From Burkholderiales bacterium (lineage in GTDB: Bacteria > Pseudomonadota > Gammaproteobacteria > Burkholderiales > SHXO01): DNA of 56,985 nucleotides. The stretch spans positions 1 to 56,985 of the forward strand of contig DASPUW010000433.1 of the NCBI GenBank assembly GCA_035622675.1, read 5' to 3'. This document shows, piece by piece, positions 9,344 through 18,286 of this stretch; within the stretch, counting starts at the first letter, position 1, and each line of letters opens with the position of its first letter. The notes below the pieces were generated by a model that was not told the origin of the DNA, ran no database searches, and saw nothing but the letters and a program-made list of their open reading frames with translations. Both the position numbers and the translations under genes were made by a program.

Positions 9344-10303
9344 TCAGGCGGTCTTCCTCGTCCGTGTCGTTTGGTCCAGCAGGCCTGCACTCACGACGGC
9401 GCGCCGTATGCGCTCGATCTCCGCGTCCCCGAGCTTCACGAGCGGCGGCCGCACCGCCGCGCGCGGGAGCTTTCCGAGCAGAACGAGCGCCTCCTTCATG
9501 CGGTTGTGCATGTCCACCCACGGTTCCGCGTAGAACACCTCCGCGGTCGGCCAGATGCGCTCCTCGATCGCGCGCGCGGCCGCTAGATCGTTCGCCTGCA
9601 CGGCGGCGAACAAGCGCGCCTGCAAATCCGCAATCACTGAGCCGCTGCCGGACAACAGTCCGTCGCAGCCCTGAACCAGCGAGCTCAGCAGCCACGCGCT
9701 GTGAGTGGTGAGCACGGCCACCGGTGGAGTCAGCGCGTGCAGGGCGCGAACATGCCGCTCGTGCAGCTGAGGATTCGTGCACCAGTCTTTGATGGCACAT
9801 ACCGTGGGCACCGCTTCGATGATTGCTAGCAGAGTGGCCAGCGGATAGCCTTGCCCGCCGGCGAGCGGATACTGAAACGCGATGAGCGGAAGGTCGGTGG
9901 CGTCCGCGACACGTTTGAAGTGCTCGACAGCCATTTCCGGGCGCTGCCCGAAGGTGTAGACGCCGGGCGGGAATACCAGCAGCGCGGACGCGCCGCCGTC
10001 ATGCGCCATTTTTGCGATGCGCGCGGCCTCCAGACTGCCGTCGGCGTACACGCCGTTGATCAGCGCCAGGCGATGGCTCAGCTCTTCGCGGGCGACATCG
10101 AGCACGCGCCGCTGCTCGTCGAACGTGCAGGACGCGACCTCCGAAGCATGCGCGTTGACCGTGATGGCGGACAAACCGCGAGTCTGCGCCACGTCGCGCA
10201 GATGCTTGCGAAAGGACTGCTCGTCGATCGACAGGTCCTCGTGAAACGGCAGCACCACGGCGGGGATCACCCCGCGTGGAGCGTAGTGACCAGGACTGGG
10301 CAT
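9344..10303 (-). CDS. dihydrodipicolinate synthase/N-acetylneuraminate lyase-family aldolase
   Basis: 319 aa. GVIPAVVLPFHEDLSIDEQSFRKHL... and the overall length fit the DapA-like class I aldolase family. Substrate unknown. Confidence 0.85.
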   Translation of the reverse strand: MPSPGHYAPRGVIPAVVLPFHEDLSIDEQSFRKHLRDVAQTRGLSAITVNAHASEVASCTFDEQRRVLDVAREELSHRLALINGVYADGSLEAARIAKMAHDGGASALLVFPPGVYTFGQRPEMAVEHFKRVADATDLPLIAFQYPLAGGQGYPLATLLAIIEAVPTVCAIKDWCTNPQLHERHVRALHALTPPVAVLTTHSAWLLSSLVQGCDGLLSGSGSVIADLQARLFAAVQANDLAAARAIEERIWPTAEVFYAEPWVDMHNRMKEALVLLGKLPRAAVRPPLVKLGDAEIERIRRAVVSAGLLDQTTRTRKTA

Positions 10304-10453
10304 TTTCGCCTCCTAATAGCATGTCAACTCTCGAGCCGGTGCGGCCGGCCGCGCGCGTGTCGCACCGCGCTGCGCCCACAACTATAATCCGGCTGAAACG
10401 GGCTTTGAAGCGCGACCCGTGTGTGCCGGCATCCCGATCGGAGACCCGCAGAC

Positions 10454-11347
10454 ATGAACCCTTCCCGCAGCCTCATATTGCTTGTTGTGGCAGCGGGCCT
10501 CGTCGCCTGCCAGAGCGCGCCCGTCACCGGGCGCAAGCAGCTCATGCTCGTGTCCGAATCCGAGGCGATCGACGCATCGAAGCAGGCGTACACGCAGACG
10601 CTCGCTCCGCTGCAGAAGCAAGGCAAGGTCAATTCCGATGCCGCGCTGAAGGCGCGCGTGGACGCGATCACCGCCCGCCTCGTGGCGCAGGCCATCCTGT
10701 ACCGCCCGGAAACCGCAAGCTGGGACTGGCAGGTGGCTGTCATCGACGATCCGAATACGCTCAACGCCTGGTGCATGGCGGGCGGCCGCATGGCGATCTA
10801 CACCGGCATCATCCAGAAGCTGCACCTGACCGACGATGAGATCGCTCAAGTGATGGGACATGAGATCGCACATGCGCTCGCCAAGCACACCGCCGAGCGC
10901 ATGTCGGTTGCAGTCGCTCAGCAGGCAGGATTATCGGTGGCTGGTGCACTGCTCGGCGGCGGAGCTACGGGCCAGGCTGCCCTGCAGGGTGCCGCGATCG
11001 CTACGACGGTCGGCGTACAGCTGCCCAACAGTCGCACGCAGGAAGCCGAGGCCGATCGCATTGGTATCGAGCTGGCCGCCAAGGCCGGCTACGATCCTCA
11101 CGCGGCGCCCAAGCTGTGGCAAAAGATGCTAGACGTCACTGGCACCCGAGGCCAGTCCGACTGGCTGAGCACGCATCCCGCGAGCGAGAAAAGACTGCAG
11201 TCGCTCGCTGCGCTCATCCCACAGATGATGCCGTACTACGAAGACAAGTCCCCGCGTCCTGTATACAAGTTCAAGACCGCACGTACAGGGCAGATCCGGA
11301 TGGAACATGCCATTGCCATCGCAAGCGCCTTGTGGATAACACTGTGA
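10454..11347 (+). CDS. M48-family zinc metallopeptidase lipoprotein
   Basis: HEIAHAL (HExxH) plus a downstream STHPASEKR motif. The start is set at MNPSRSLILLVVAAGLVACQS (signal peptide plus lipobox). Confidence 0.85.
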   Translation: MNPSRSLILLVVAAGLVACQSAPVTGRKQLMLVSESEAIDASKQAYTQTLAPLQKQGKVNSDAALKARVDAITARLVAQAILYRPETASWDWQVAVIDDPNTLNAWCMAGGRMAIYTGIIQKLHLTDDEIAQVMGHEIAHALAKHTAERMSVAVAQQAGLSVAGALLGGGATGQAALQGAAIATTVGVQLPNSRTQEAEADRIGIELAAKAGYDPHAAPKLWQKMLDVTGTRGQSDWLSTHPASEKRLQSLAALIPQMMPYYEDKSPRPVYKFKTARTGQIRMEHAIAIASALWITL

Positions 11348-11633
11348 ATAAGCGGCGCCGGCTGCGACTGAGCACGCGTCCCCGCGATGGCGGGACCAAT
11401 CGCGGAAATTACCGACGACGGGCCTTTCGGCCTTCAAATCAGGCGCTTAGCACGTGATCACGTACGCCCAAGAATTTTCACTCCATTCTTCATGCGTTAC
11501 GTGAACTTATGTGCATAAGCGAACCCGGCCAGTTCCGCTGAATGCCAATGGCGGCGGGCCTTTCAGGCAGACGCCGATGCAAATTTTTTCTTGGTGCGCG
11601 TAGCAGCGTGTACTACTACAGCACGGGTGCAGC

Positions 11634-11927
11634 CTATACCCGCTCAGCTTCCCAGCGTCCGTAGCGCAATTGAGCGACGTCCAAGCTCACGGACGGGTCG
11701 CTGGCGGCTTTCATCAGCGTGCCGCGCTCGAAGCGATAACTGTCGAGGCGCCATTGCTTGAGCAGATTCATGGCCAGCGAGAAGTCGGAATAATTGAGCT
11801 GATACAGGCGGTTCAACTCGTAGGGCTCGCCGCTGTCGAGCGCTTTCATCAGATCGGACAATGCGCGCGAGCTTGCGTCGTCGGGCTTCGAGCGGACTTT
11901 TTTGATGGTCTCCTGCAGCGCGTCCAT
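11634..11927 (-). CDS. hypothetical protein (97 aa)
   Basis: The only ORF of normal amino-acid composition in a 740-bp gap. No recognisable motif. Confidence 0.4.
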   Translation of the reverse strand: MDALQETIKKVRSKPDDASSRALSDLMKALDSGEPYELNRLYQLNYSDFSLAMNLLKQWRLDSYRFERGTLMKAASDPSVSLDVAQLRYGRWEAERV

Positions 11928-12085
11928 ATATTTTCTTCGGATCTAGTTGCTGGGGAGACGAATGTAAGGGCACCGCGTGCAGCGAGTCAACCGGAATTCG
12001 AAGTCGTTGATATTGCACGGTCCGGAATGTGACAACGGGCTGCATATCCAGTGATGTCCGGCAACGACACGAATAGTGGCCGGCA

Positions 12086-12976
12086 TCACTTGACATTCTG
12101 CAGCTTCGACAACTCGGACTGATTCACGCTCGGCTGCGTGCGGCTAATCAGAGCTTCGATGTAGCTGCGTTCGATATCCTGCGCACGGCGCGTGCGCAGC
12201 TGATTAGCGATGCCGTCGTGGACCTCGGCCAGCGAGCGCGTCGACGTCGCCTTCCTGTCTAGCAGCTTCACGACATGCCACCCATTGCTGGTGCGGAACG
12301 GGCCTGCAACCTCGCCCTTGTCCAGCTTCTCGACTACGCTGCGCGTCTCTGGCAGCATCTGCGCCGCTGTCACCCACCCGATATCGCCTCCCTTTGGAGC
12401 GCTGTCTGCTTGCTCCGAGTTCTCCTTGGCCAGTTTCGCAAAGTCTGCGCCGTTCGCCTTCGCCTTTGCGGCCAGCTCCATCGCTTTCCTCTGCGCCGCA
12501 GCCGCGGTTGCCTTATCTGCGTCCTCAGGCGAGGCGATGAAGATCTGGGCAAGGTTGAACTGCGCCGGCACAACGAAAGTCGACCTGTTGGCCTCGTATG
12601 CCTTGCGTATGTCATCCTCTGCCGGATATTCCGTGGGTGGCCGCGCCAGATTGCTTACGTACATTTGCAGCAACGCCTGATCCCTCGCGCGCTCCATCAT
12701 CAGCGCGACATCGGGCTTCCTGTCCCAACCTTTGGACCTCGCTTCCGTCAGCAACGACTGACGCACAAGCTCGCTGCGCACCAGGCGATCCAGCTCGCTG
12801 GCACCGGTCAGCTGCTTGCGCAAATCCGGCGGCTGCGCATCGATGATCCGCCTTATGTCGGACGCTTTGATCTCGACGTTACCCATCTTGCCCACGACCG
12901 GATCCTCCGCGGCCGCCTGCTGGGCGCAGACGCTGCTGCTAATCCACACCAATGACAACCATGCCCATCCAATCAT
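12086..12976 (-). CDS. periplasmic parvulin-type peptidyl-prolyl isomerase (SurA/PpiD-like)
   Basis: Rotamase motifs (FNLAQIFI...GADFAKLAKENSEQ...GGDIGWV...GEVAGPFRTSNGWHVVKLLD). The start is set at MIGWAWLSLVWISSSVCAQQ (signal peptide). Confidence 0.8.
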   Translation of the reverse strand: MIGWAWLSLVWISSSVCAQQAAAEDPVVGKMGNVEIKASDIRRIIDAQPPDLRKQLTGASELDRLVRSELVRQSLLTEARSKGWDRKPDVALMMERARDQALLQMYVSNLARPPTEYPAEDDIRKAYEANRSTFVVPAQFNLAQIFIASPEDADKATAAAAQRKAMELAAKAKANGADFAKLAKENSEQADSAPKGGDIGWVTAAQMLPETRSVVEKLDKGEVAGPFRTSNGWHVVKLLDRKATSTRSLAEVHDGIANQLRTRRAQDIERSYIEALISRTQPSVNQSELSKLQNVK

Positions 12977-13058
12977 TCGCACGTTCACGGGATACCCCCC
13001 ACGCCTGGAACAGGACCGCTCGCTCCGGATTGCGCGCCTTCCGCCACGCGACTCCTGG

Positions 13059-13997
13059 TCACTTCGATTCCGGCGCGCGTTCCGTTGACTTCGGCTGGCT
13101 CGTCGCTTCCGCGGGTGACGGGGCCGCATTGCCAGCGCGCTTCTCGAACTCCCCCACGTATTCCACCTTGGCCGATGTGCGCAGGCGGCTCAACGTCTCG
13201 CTCGACAGGTCTAGCCGCTTACGATGCTCCAGAATCTGCTCGATGTACGGCGTCGCCTGCTCCTCGGTCAGCGGAGCGCGCTGCGAGCGGTCGAGCTGAG
13301 TGACCACCACGGCGTTGCCTCGCGGAACAACCAGAAGGTCACCGTCCTTCATCTGATGGATCTTGCCGATCAGCTCCGACGGCAGCTGCTCTGCAGCCTG
13401 CACGCTGAGGTTGGTCTGGAACTTGAGGTCGTGAGACTTCAACCAGAGCGCGAGCTGAGGCAGCGTTTTCGTCTTGTCCCGTTGCTCCTCGAGGCGGGCC
13501 ACCTCCGCACGAAGCTGCGGCTGAATGTCCGGCGGTGCAGCGATAGCGATCTCCTTGAGGCGATACAGGCGTCGGTCCTCGAACAGCTCCGGGTGTTCCA
13601 GATAGAATGCCTTGACCTGCTGCGCGGTGCTCCTGGGCGCGCCCTGCACCATCTGCTCCAGATAAGCCTGCGCGAATATCTGCCGCTTGGCAGCGTCGAC
13701 TAGCGCCATCACGTGCGGATCGCGATCGAGTTTCTTCTGCACCGCCTGCTGCACTAGGAGTTGCTGATCGATCAGGCGCTCCAGCATCTGCTTTTGCGCT
13801 TGCTTCTGCTGTGCATCCGGGATGTTTCCGGCACGCGACAAGGCCTGCTCGATTTGCTGCACAGTGATTTCGTCGCCGTTGACTTTGGCCGCGACCGGGC
13901 TGGCTGTCTTGGGGTCACTGCCAGGTGTACACCCCGACAAAAGAATCAGCGCCACTGCAATCGCCGCGGCGGCCTCGACTATGCGGGCAGGGATCAC
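13059..13997 (-). CDS. EpsD-like SurA-N/PPIase-family lipoprotein (PEP-CTERM-locus-associated family, from memory)
   Basis: 312 aa with a lipobox (LILLSGCTPG). VNGDEITVQQIEQAL...ERLIDQQLLVQQA resembles the chaperone domain of the EpsD family of PPIases. Confidence 0.65.
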   Translation of the reverse strand: MIPARIVEAAAAIAVALILLSGCTPGSDPKTASPVAAKVNGDEITVQQIEQALSRAGNIPDAQQKQAQKQMLERLIDQQLLVQQAVQKKLDRDPHVMALVDAAKRQIFAQAYLEQMVQGAPRSTAQQVKAFYLEHPELFEDRRLYRLKEIAIAAPPDIQPQLRAEVARLEEQRDKTKTLPQLALWLKSHDLKFQTNLSVQAAEQLPSELIGKIHQMKDGDLLVVPRGNAVVVTQLDRSQRAPLTEEQATPYIEQILEHRKRLDLSSETLSRLRTSAKVEYVGEFEKRAGNAAPSPAEATSQPKSTERAPESK

Positions 13998-14081
13998 AGG
14001 ATACTCCGTGTAAAATTTTGGTTCGGCGCGTGAGCGGCTGCGCCGATCCTGCTTGGAAGGAGAGGCGGAGGCCGATGCTTA

Positions 14082-14125
14082 GGCACGCCTCCGAGTTAGA
14101 GCGGGCACGCCTCCGAGTCAGAGCG
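14082..14125. repeat. tandem 22-bp direct repeat (2 copies, 1 mismatch) between the epsA-like and epsD-like genes
   Basis: GGCACGCCTCCGAGTTAGAGCG / GGCACGCCTCCGAGTCAGAGCG, read directly. Register confirmed against ORF 13925..14152. Confidence 0.85.
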
Positions 14126-14225
14126 CGATGCTACCACAGCATTCGACTGTAGGAGAACCGCGGAGCCGGGCGCGTTTTCTCCCGATCAACGCGCAGCGAG
14201 ACCGACTGGAGCTTCGCTCGCGGGG

Positions 14226-15098
14226 CTACGCCGGCGGGCGCCCGCTGAGGGCGTCGCTGCGGGTCAGATTCAGAGCGATTCCCCTCGCGACTGCCTGAGC
14301 GCGGTTTTGAACGTCGAGCTTGCGGAGAATCTTCTGGACGTGATTCTTTACCGTGAGGCGACTTATGCTGAGGATCTCGGCAATCTCGTGGTTGCTCTTG
14401 CCGCGCTCTACCCACTCGAGAACTTGGGCCTCGCGTGTGGTGAGGATTTCACGCGTTTCGATCCGATGTACGCTAGCTGATGCAGTCCGCTCGCAGTTGT
14501 TGGCACACAGCCATGCTGAATGCAGGTACGGTACGGTCAGTTCCAGCATGCGAGCGTCACGCGCGCAGACGGGAGCGGGCAGCTTGAAAAAAGCGAAGAA
14601 CGCGGCTGGATGCTCGCCCAATCCTGCCAATCCGTGAACCATCGCGTTGGTGAGATCCATGCGTCGCAATGTCGCCACCATCGGTTCCATCGCTGCGTCA
14701 AGACTCGACGTCACGCCTACTGCCAGCGGGACGCATCCGCCTCGCCTCCACACCGCCACCAGATGATGCAGGATTCCGTTCCGGCCGCACAACTCGGTGA
14801 AATGTTCCTCCGCGATGGGATAGCTCCCTAGCCAGTCGAAGCACAAACCTCGGGCGCCAGGATCAGGCATCGCACACACCAGACCTTCGTGCGCGACGAT
14901 ACCCTGGAACACGCCCTGGAGCCAGGAAAAGAAGCAAGCGCGGCTCTTGACCTTGACTGCTGCCTCGATATTCACGAGCAGGACATCGAGCTCGGTACGG
15001 CTCTGAATCACGGCTGCGTCTGCGTCATGGCGAAGTGGTCTCTCGTGCGGAGATGCCAAGCTTGAACCCCCTCCGCGAGCGACTCCGGCGCGAGTCAC
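14226..15098 (-). CDS. LuxR-family regulator, EpsA-like (XrtA/PEP-CTERM-system-associated type, from memory)
   Basis: C-terminal LuxR HTH (TTREAQVLEWVERGKSNHEIAEILSISRLTVKNHVQKILRKLDV). The N-terminal domain (ACFFSWLQGVFQGIVAHEGLVCA) resembles EpsA-type regulators. Confidence 0.75.
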   Translation of the reverse strand: MTRAGVARGGGSSLASPHERPLRHDADAAVIQSRTELDVLLVNIEAAVKVKSRACFFSWLQGVFQGIVAHEGLVCAMPDPGARGLCFDWLGSYPIAEEHFTELCGRNGILHHLVAVWRRGGCVPLAVGVTSSLDAAMEPMVATLRRMDLTNAMVHGLAGLGEHPAAFFAFFKLPAPVCARDARMLELTVPYLHSAWLCANNCERTASASVHRIETREILTTREAQVLEWVERGKSNHEIAEILSISRLTVKNHVQKILRKLDVQNRAQAVARGIALNLTRSDALSGRPPA

Positions 15099-15159
15099 AT
15101 ACTCTACATGATGGACGCCGAAGATGACGGTCTAGTTGCGGCTGCGTTAAAAAGCGCAG

Positions 15160-15567
15160 CTACCAATCCGCAAACAGCTTGCCGTCCAGGCCCGCACCGT
15201 CGGCGCCGCTCTTGACGTCGTACACTGACCCTTTCGCTTCGCTGTCGGGCGGAGGAAGGACCTTCCAAGTGGTCGTGCTGTCGGTGATCGGGTCCACGGG
15301 AACGTTGCGGATGTAGCGCAGCGTGGCGAGCTCCTCCAACGAATCTGGATAGCGACCTTTGTCGCCGTGAAACTTGTCGATCGCGTCGCGCATGACCGCC
15401 AGGTCCTGTTTCAGCGTCGCTTCTTTGGTGTGTTGGATGTGCGTGAAATACCGCGGGACAGCAATCGTCAGAAGCAAGGCCAGAATGGCGAGGACAATGA
15501 TCAGCTCGACCAGCGTGAAAGCGCGGAATGCAATGCGCAGCGGCCCCTTCACCACTCCCCTCACCAC
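15160..15567 (-). CDS. GspG-like pseudopilin (prepilin-type N-terminal domain)
   Basis: RAFTLVELIIVLAILALLLTIAVPRY. Has Ala instead of Gly at the -1 cleavage position, and Glu at +5 is present. Confidence 0.8.
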   Translation of the reverse strand: MVRGVVKGPLRIAFRAFTLVELIIVLAILALLLTIAVPRYFTHIQHTKEATLKQDLAVMRDAIDKFHGDKGRYPDSLEELATLRYIRNVPVDPITDSTTTWKVLPPPDSEAKGSVYDVKSGADGAGLDGKLFADW

Positions 15568-16061
15568 TGCCTATAGGGCACCCCGTTGATCCCCTTTGCG
15601 CTCGACAGCGAATACACGTCGAACACATCCTTGCCCGGGCTCGGGTCGTCGGGCGGACTGTCGTAGCTACGCATGCCCCACGTCTTTTCAGCGGGAGTGT
15701 CTCCATCGCTAAAGAAGGGATCGCGCGGGACGCGGCGCAGGAAATAGATCTTGCGTTTCGCTGGATCTTTCTCGTTGCTGACGCCGCCGACCAGCGCATC
15801 GAGCGACGGCGGGTATCCGCTCTCATCTGCCTTCTTCGCAACACGGCCTTCGTCGACCGCCTGCTTATATGCGTCAATCGCGGTGCGAATATCGCGCAGC
15901 GCAGCACGCAAGTCCTGCTCTTTCGCGCGTTGACTGGCCAATTCACCAAGCGGGATCAAGCCCGTCACGAGGATCGCGACAATCGCAACGACAATCAGCA
16001 GCTCGATGAGGGTGAACCCGCGTCGACTGTTCGATGTGTGGCCGGCTAAGCCGATGGTCAT
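15561..16061 (-). CDS. GspG-like pseudopilin (prepilin-type N-terminal domain)
   Basis: RRGFTLIELLIVVAIVAILV, the canonical G/FTLIE cleavage-methylation motif. Overlaps the secretin stop by 4 nt. Confidence 0.8.
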   Translation of the reverse strand: MTIGLAGHTSNSRRGFTLIELLIVVAIVAILVTGLIPLGELASQRAKEQDLRAALRDIRTAIDAYKQAVDEGRVAKKADESGYPPSLDALVGGVSNEKDPAKRKIYFLRRVPRDPFFSDGDTPAEKTWGMRSYDSPPDDPSPGKDVFDVYSLSSAKGINGVPYRQW

Positions 16062-18286
16062 GGTGTGACGGTGATGTCCACCGGCGCAGGCGGCTGCATC
16101 GGCACGTTGCCGCCGCCAGCATCGATTCCCACTACGTTTTCTGCTCGCACTTGAACTGTCCCGGGCGCGGCTACAACTTTGAACCGCACGGACGCGGCCC
16201 CCTCGACCTTCACCGGCACACGCCCTGGCGCGGACGGGGCGACGCCGAGCGGCTGGAGTTGGCTCGGATCAAAGGCCAGCTCGACGCGTGCACCTACCGC
16301 GCTGGTTCCCGGTGGCACTCCGAGCGACACGAGCAGCTCGGTCCCGGTCTTGGCCGCAAGCGGCACGGCGATCAGCAGTCCCGGCACGGGCTCGGCCGGT
16401 GCTTCTGGACCGGGACCTGGTGCGGCGGGGGTCGGGGCAGCCGCCTGCCGCGCGGCGCCGCCGCCCTGCGCGGGGGCCAGCGCGAGCGCGCCGGAGGATG
16501 TCTGTGCGATCCGCAGCGGCACGCTGCCGATCGACGAGTCGGTGCCGACCGGCGTATCGACGATCGCGCTCTGCGGCCAGTTGATGCTGCGCACGATGCG
16601 CGGCGTGATCAAGAGAATGATCTCGGTCTTTTCGCGATCGTCCGTTTGGTTGCGGAACAAGCGCCCGATGATCGGAATATCGCCCAGGCCCGGCACCTTC
16701 TGCGCGCTCACGCGGTCGTCGTCCTGAATGAGGCCTGCCAGAATCTGAGTTTCCCCGTCTTTGATCTGTAAAGTGGTCGCGGCATTGCGCGTCCCCAGCT
16801 GGTACGCAACCGTGCCGTTGATGTTCAGTGTCTGGGTGATGTTGCTTACTTCCAGCCCGACCTTGATCGCGACCTCGTCGCGCAGATAGATGTTCGGTTC
16901 CACGTCGAGCTTGAGCCCCGTATCCAGATAGCTCACCGAGGACGAGACGCCCACGTTTGCGGTAGACGTAGTCGTGATGACGGGCACCTTCTGCCCGATG
17001 TGGACTTTGGCCTTTTCCCGATTCTTCACCCGCACCTTGGGGTTGGCGAGCAACCTGTTGTCGGCGTCCTGTGCCAACAGGTTAACCACGATCGCCGGGT
17101 TGGCGGTAAACCACACCAGTCCGTTGGTCGTGTTCAACGGAATATTGGCCGGCGGCGTCGGTGTCGGTGTACCGGTGCCCGGCTGGCTGCCGGTCGACAG
17201 CGCCGGATTGCCGTAGCTGATGCTCGTCGGCCATTGCAGCCCGAGGGTCTGCATGCGCGTACGCGACACCTCGAGCACCGACAGCTCGAGCATGACTTCG
17301 GGCTCGGCCAAATCCAGAGAACGCACCAGACGTTCCACCACGCTCACTGCTTCCGGCGTGTCTTTGACGACCATCAGATTGAGCTTCTCATCGATGAATA
17401 CGTCCTGAGTCTTGACCATGCCCTTGACGAGGTTGACCGCCTGCTTCACGTCGGCGTTCGCCAGGTAGAAGCTGCGCACCACAAGCTCGCGGTACTCTTT
17501 CTGCTTCGCCGGAGTATTGGGGTAGACCAGGACCGAGTTCTCGTTGAGCAGCCTGCGATCCAGCTGATTGGTGAGCAGGATCAGCTTGACCACATCGTCG
17601 AGCGAGCTGTTGCGCACGACCATGTTCACTTTGGTATCCGAGCGTACGTCGCGGTCGAACACGAAATTGATCCCGGAGGTACGGGAGATCACTTCGAACA
17701 CCGTCTTCAACGTCGCGTCGCGAAATTCCAGGGTAATGGGTTTGGTGAAGGCCGACTTGAGAGCGGGCGGTGCCGAGGCCGCGGCCGCCGCGCGCTTTTC
17801 GTAGATGCGGCTCAACTGGGTCCGCGCGTCGATAAGACTCGGATCCTGCTCGATCACTCGTTTAAGGGTCTGCTCGGCCTGATCGAGTGCGCCGGCGTCG
17901 ATGTCCTTTTGTGCCAGCTTGATCGCTTCCAGGTTCTTGCGCCGCTGCGCGATCTCGCCCAGTCCGACCTGGGCCGCCTTGTTGGCGGGGTCGTAGCGCA
18001 AGGCCTTACGGTAGTCCGTCTCAGCCCTGTCAAGGTCGCCGGAACCGCGGTACAGATCACCCTGCGACACCCAGCGGGCAACCGCCTGCCCTTTGTCCTC
18101 CTCGTAGGTCTGGCGATACTCGAAGTTGTTGGGCGCCGCCTTGACCGCTTCTTCCAGCTTCGCCAGCGCACCCTCGCTATCGCCGGCCGCCATCTTCTCC
18201 CGCCCGTCCGTATACGCGCGCCAGCCGGCGCAAGCGCTCAGCAGGCAACACGCAATCAGCAGACTGGATGTGGCTCGCGTCATCAC
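16058..18286 (-). CDS. secretin (GspD/PilQ family) lipoprotein with an N-terminal TPR region and a C-terminal extension
   Basis: 742 aa. Features in order: lipobox (LLSACAG); TPR-like helices; an N0/N1-like region (ITLEFRDATLKTVFEVISRTSGINFVFD); the secretin core ending in GLGDIPIIGRLFRNQTDDREKTEIILLITPRIV; then 176 further residues. Confidence 0.9.
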   Translation of the reverse strand: MMTRATSSLLIACCLLSACAGWRAYTDGREKMAAGDSEGALAKLEEAVKAAPNNFEYRQTYEEDKGQAVARWVSQGDLYRGSGDLDRAETDYRKALRYDPANKAAQVGLGEIAQRRKNLEAIKLAQKDIDAGALDQAEQTLKRVIEQDPSLIDARTQLSRIYEKRAAAAASAPPALKSAFTKPITLEFRDATLKTVFEVISRTSGINFVFDRDVRSDTKVNMVVRNSSLDDVVKLILLTNQLDRRLLNENSVLVYPNTPAKQKEYRELVVRSFYLANADVKQAVNLVKGMVKTQDVFIDEKLNLMVVKDTPEAVSVVERLVRSLDLAEPEVMLELSVLEVSRTRMQTLGLQWPTSISYGNPALSTGSQPGTGTPTPTPPANIPLNTTNGLVWFTANPAIVVNLLAQDADNRLLANPKVRVKNREKAKVHIGQKVPVITTTSTANVGVSSSVSYLDTGLKLDVEPNIYLRDEVAIKVGLEVSNITQTLNINGTVAYQLGTRNAATTLQIKDGETQILAGLIQDDDRVSAQKVPGLGDIPIIGRLFRNQTDDREKTEIILLITPRIVRSINWPQSAIVDTPVGTDSSIGSVPLRIAQTSSGALALAPAQGGGAARQAAAPTPAAPGPGPEAPAEPVPGLLIAVPLAAKTGTELLVSLGVPPGTSAVGARVELAFDPSQLQPLGVAPSAPGRVPVKVEGAASVRFKVVAAPGTVQVRAENVVGIDAGGGNVPMQPPAPVDITVTP

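Noticed and set aside
15104-15949. 281-aa ORF overlapping both minor pseudopilin genes in another minus-strand frame
   Set aside because: The sequence is Arg/Ser/Ala-rich, and the overlapping frames encode clear prepilin-type proteins.
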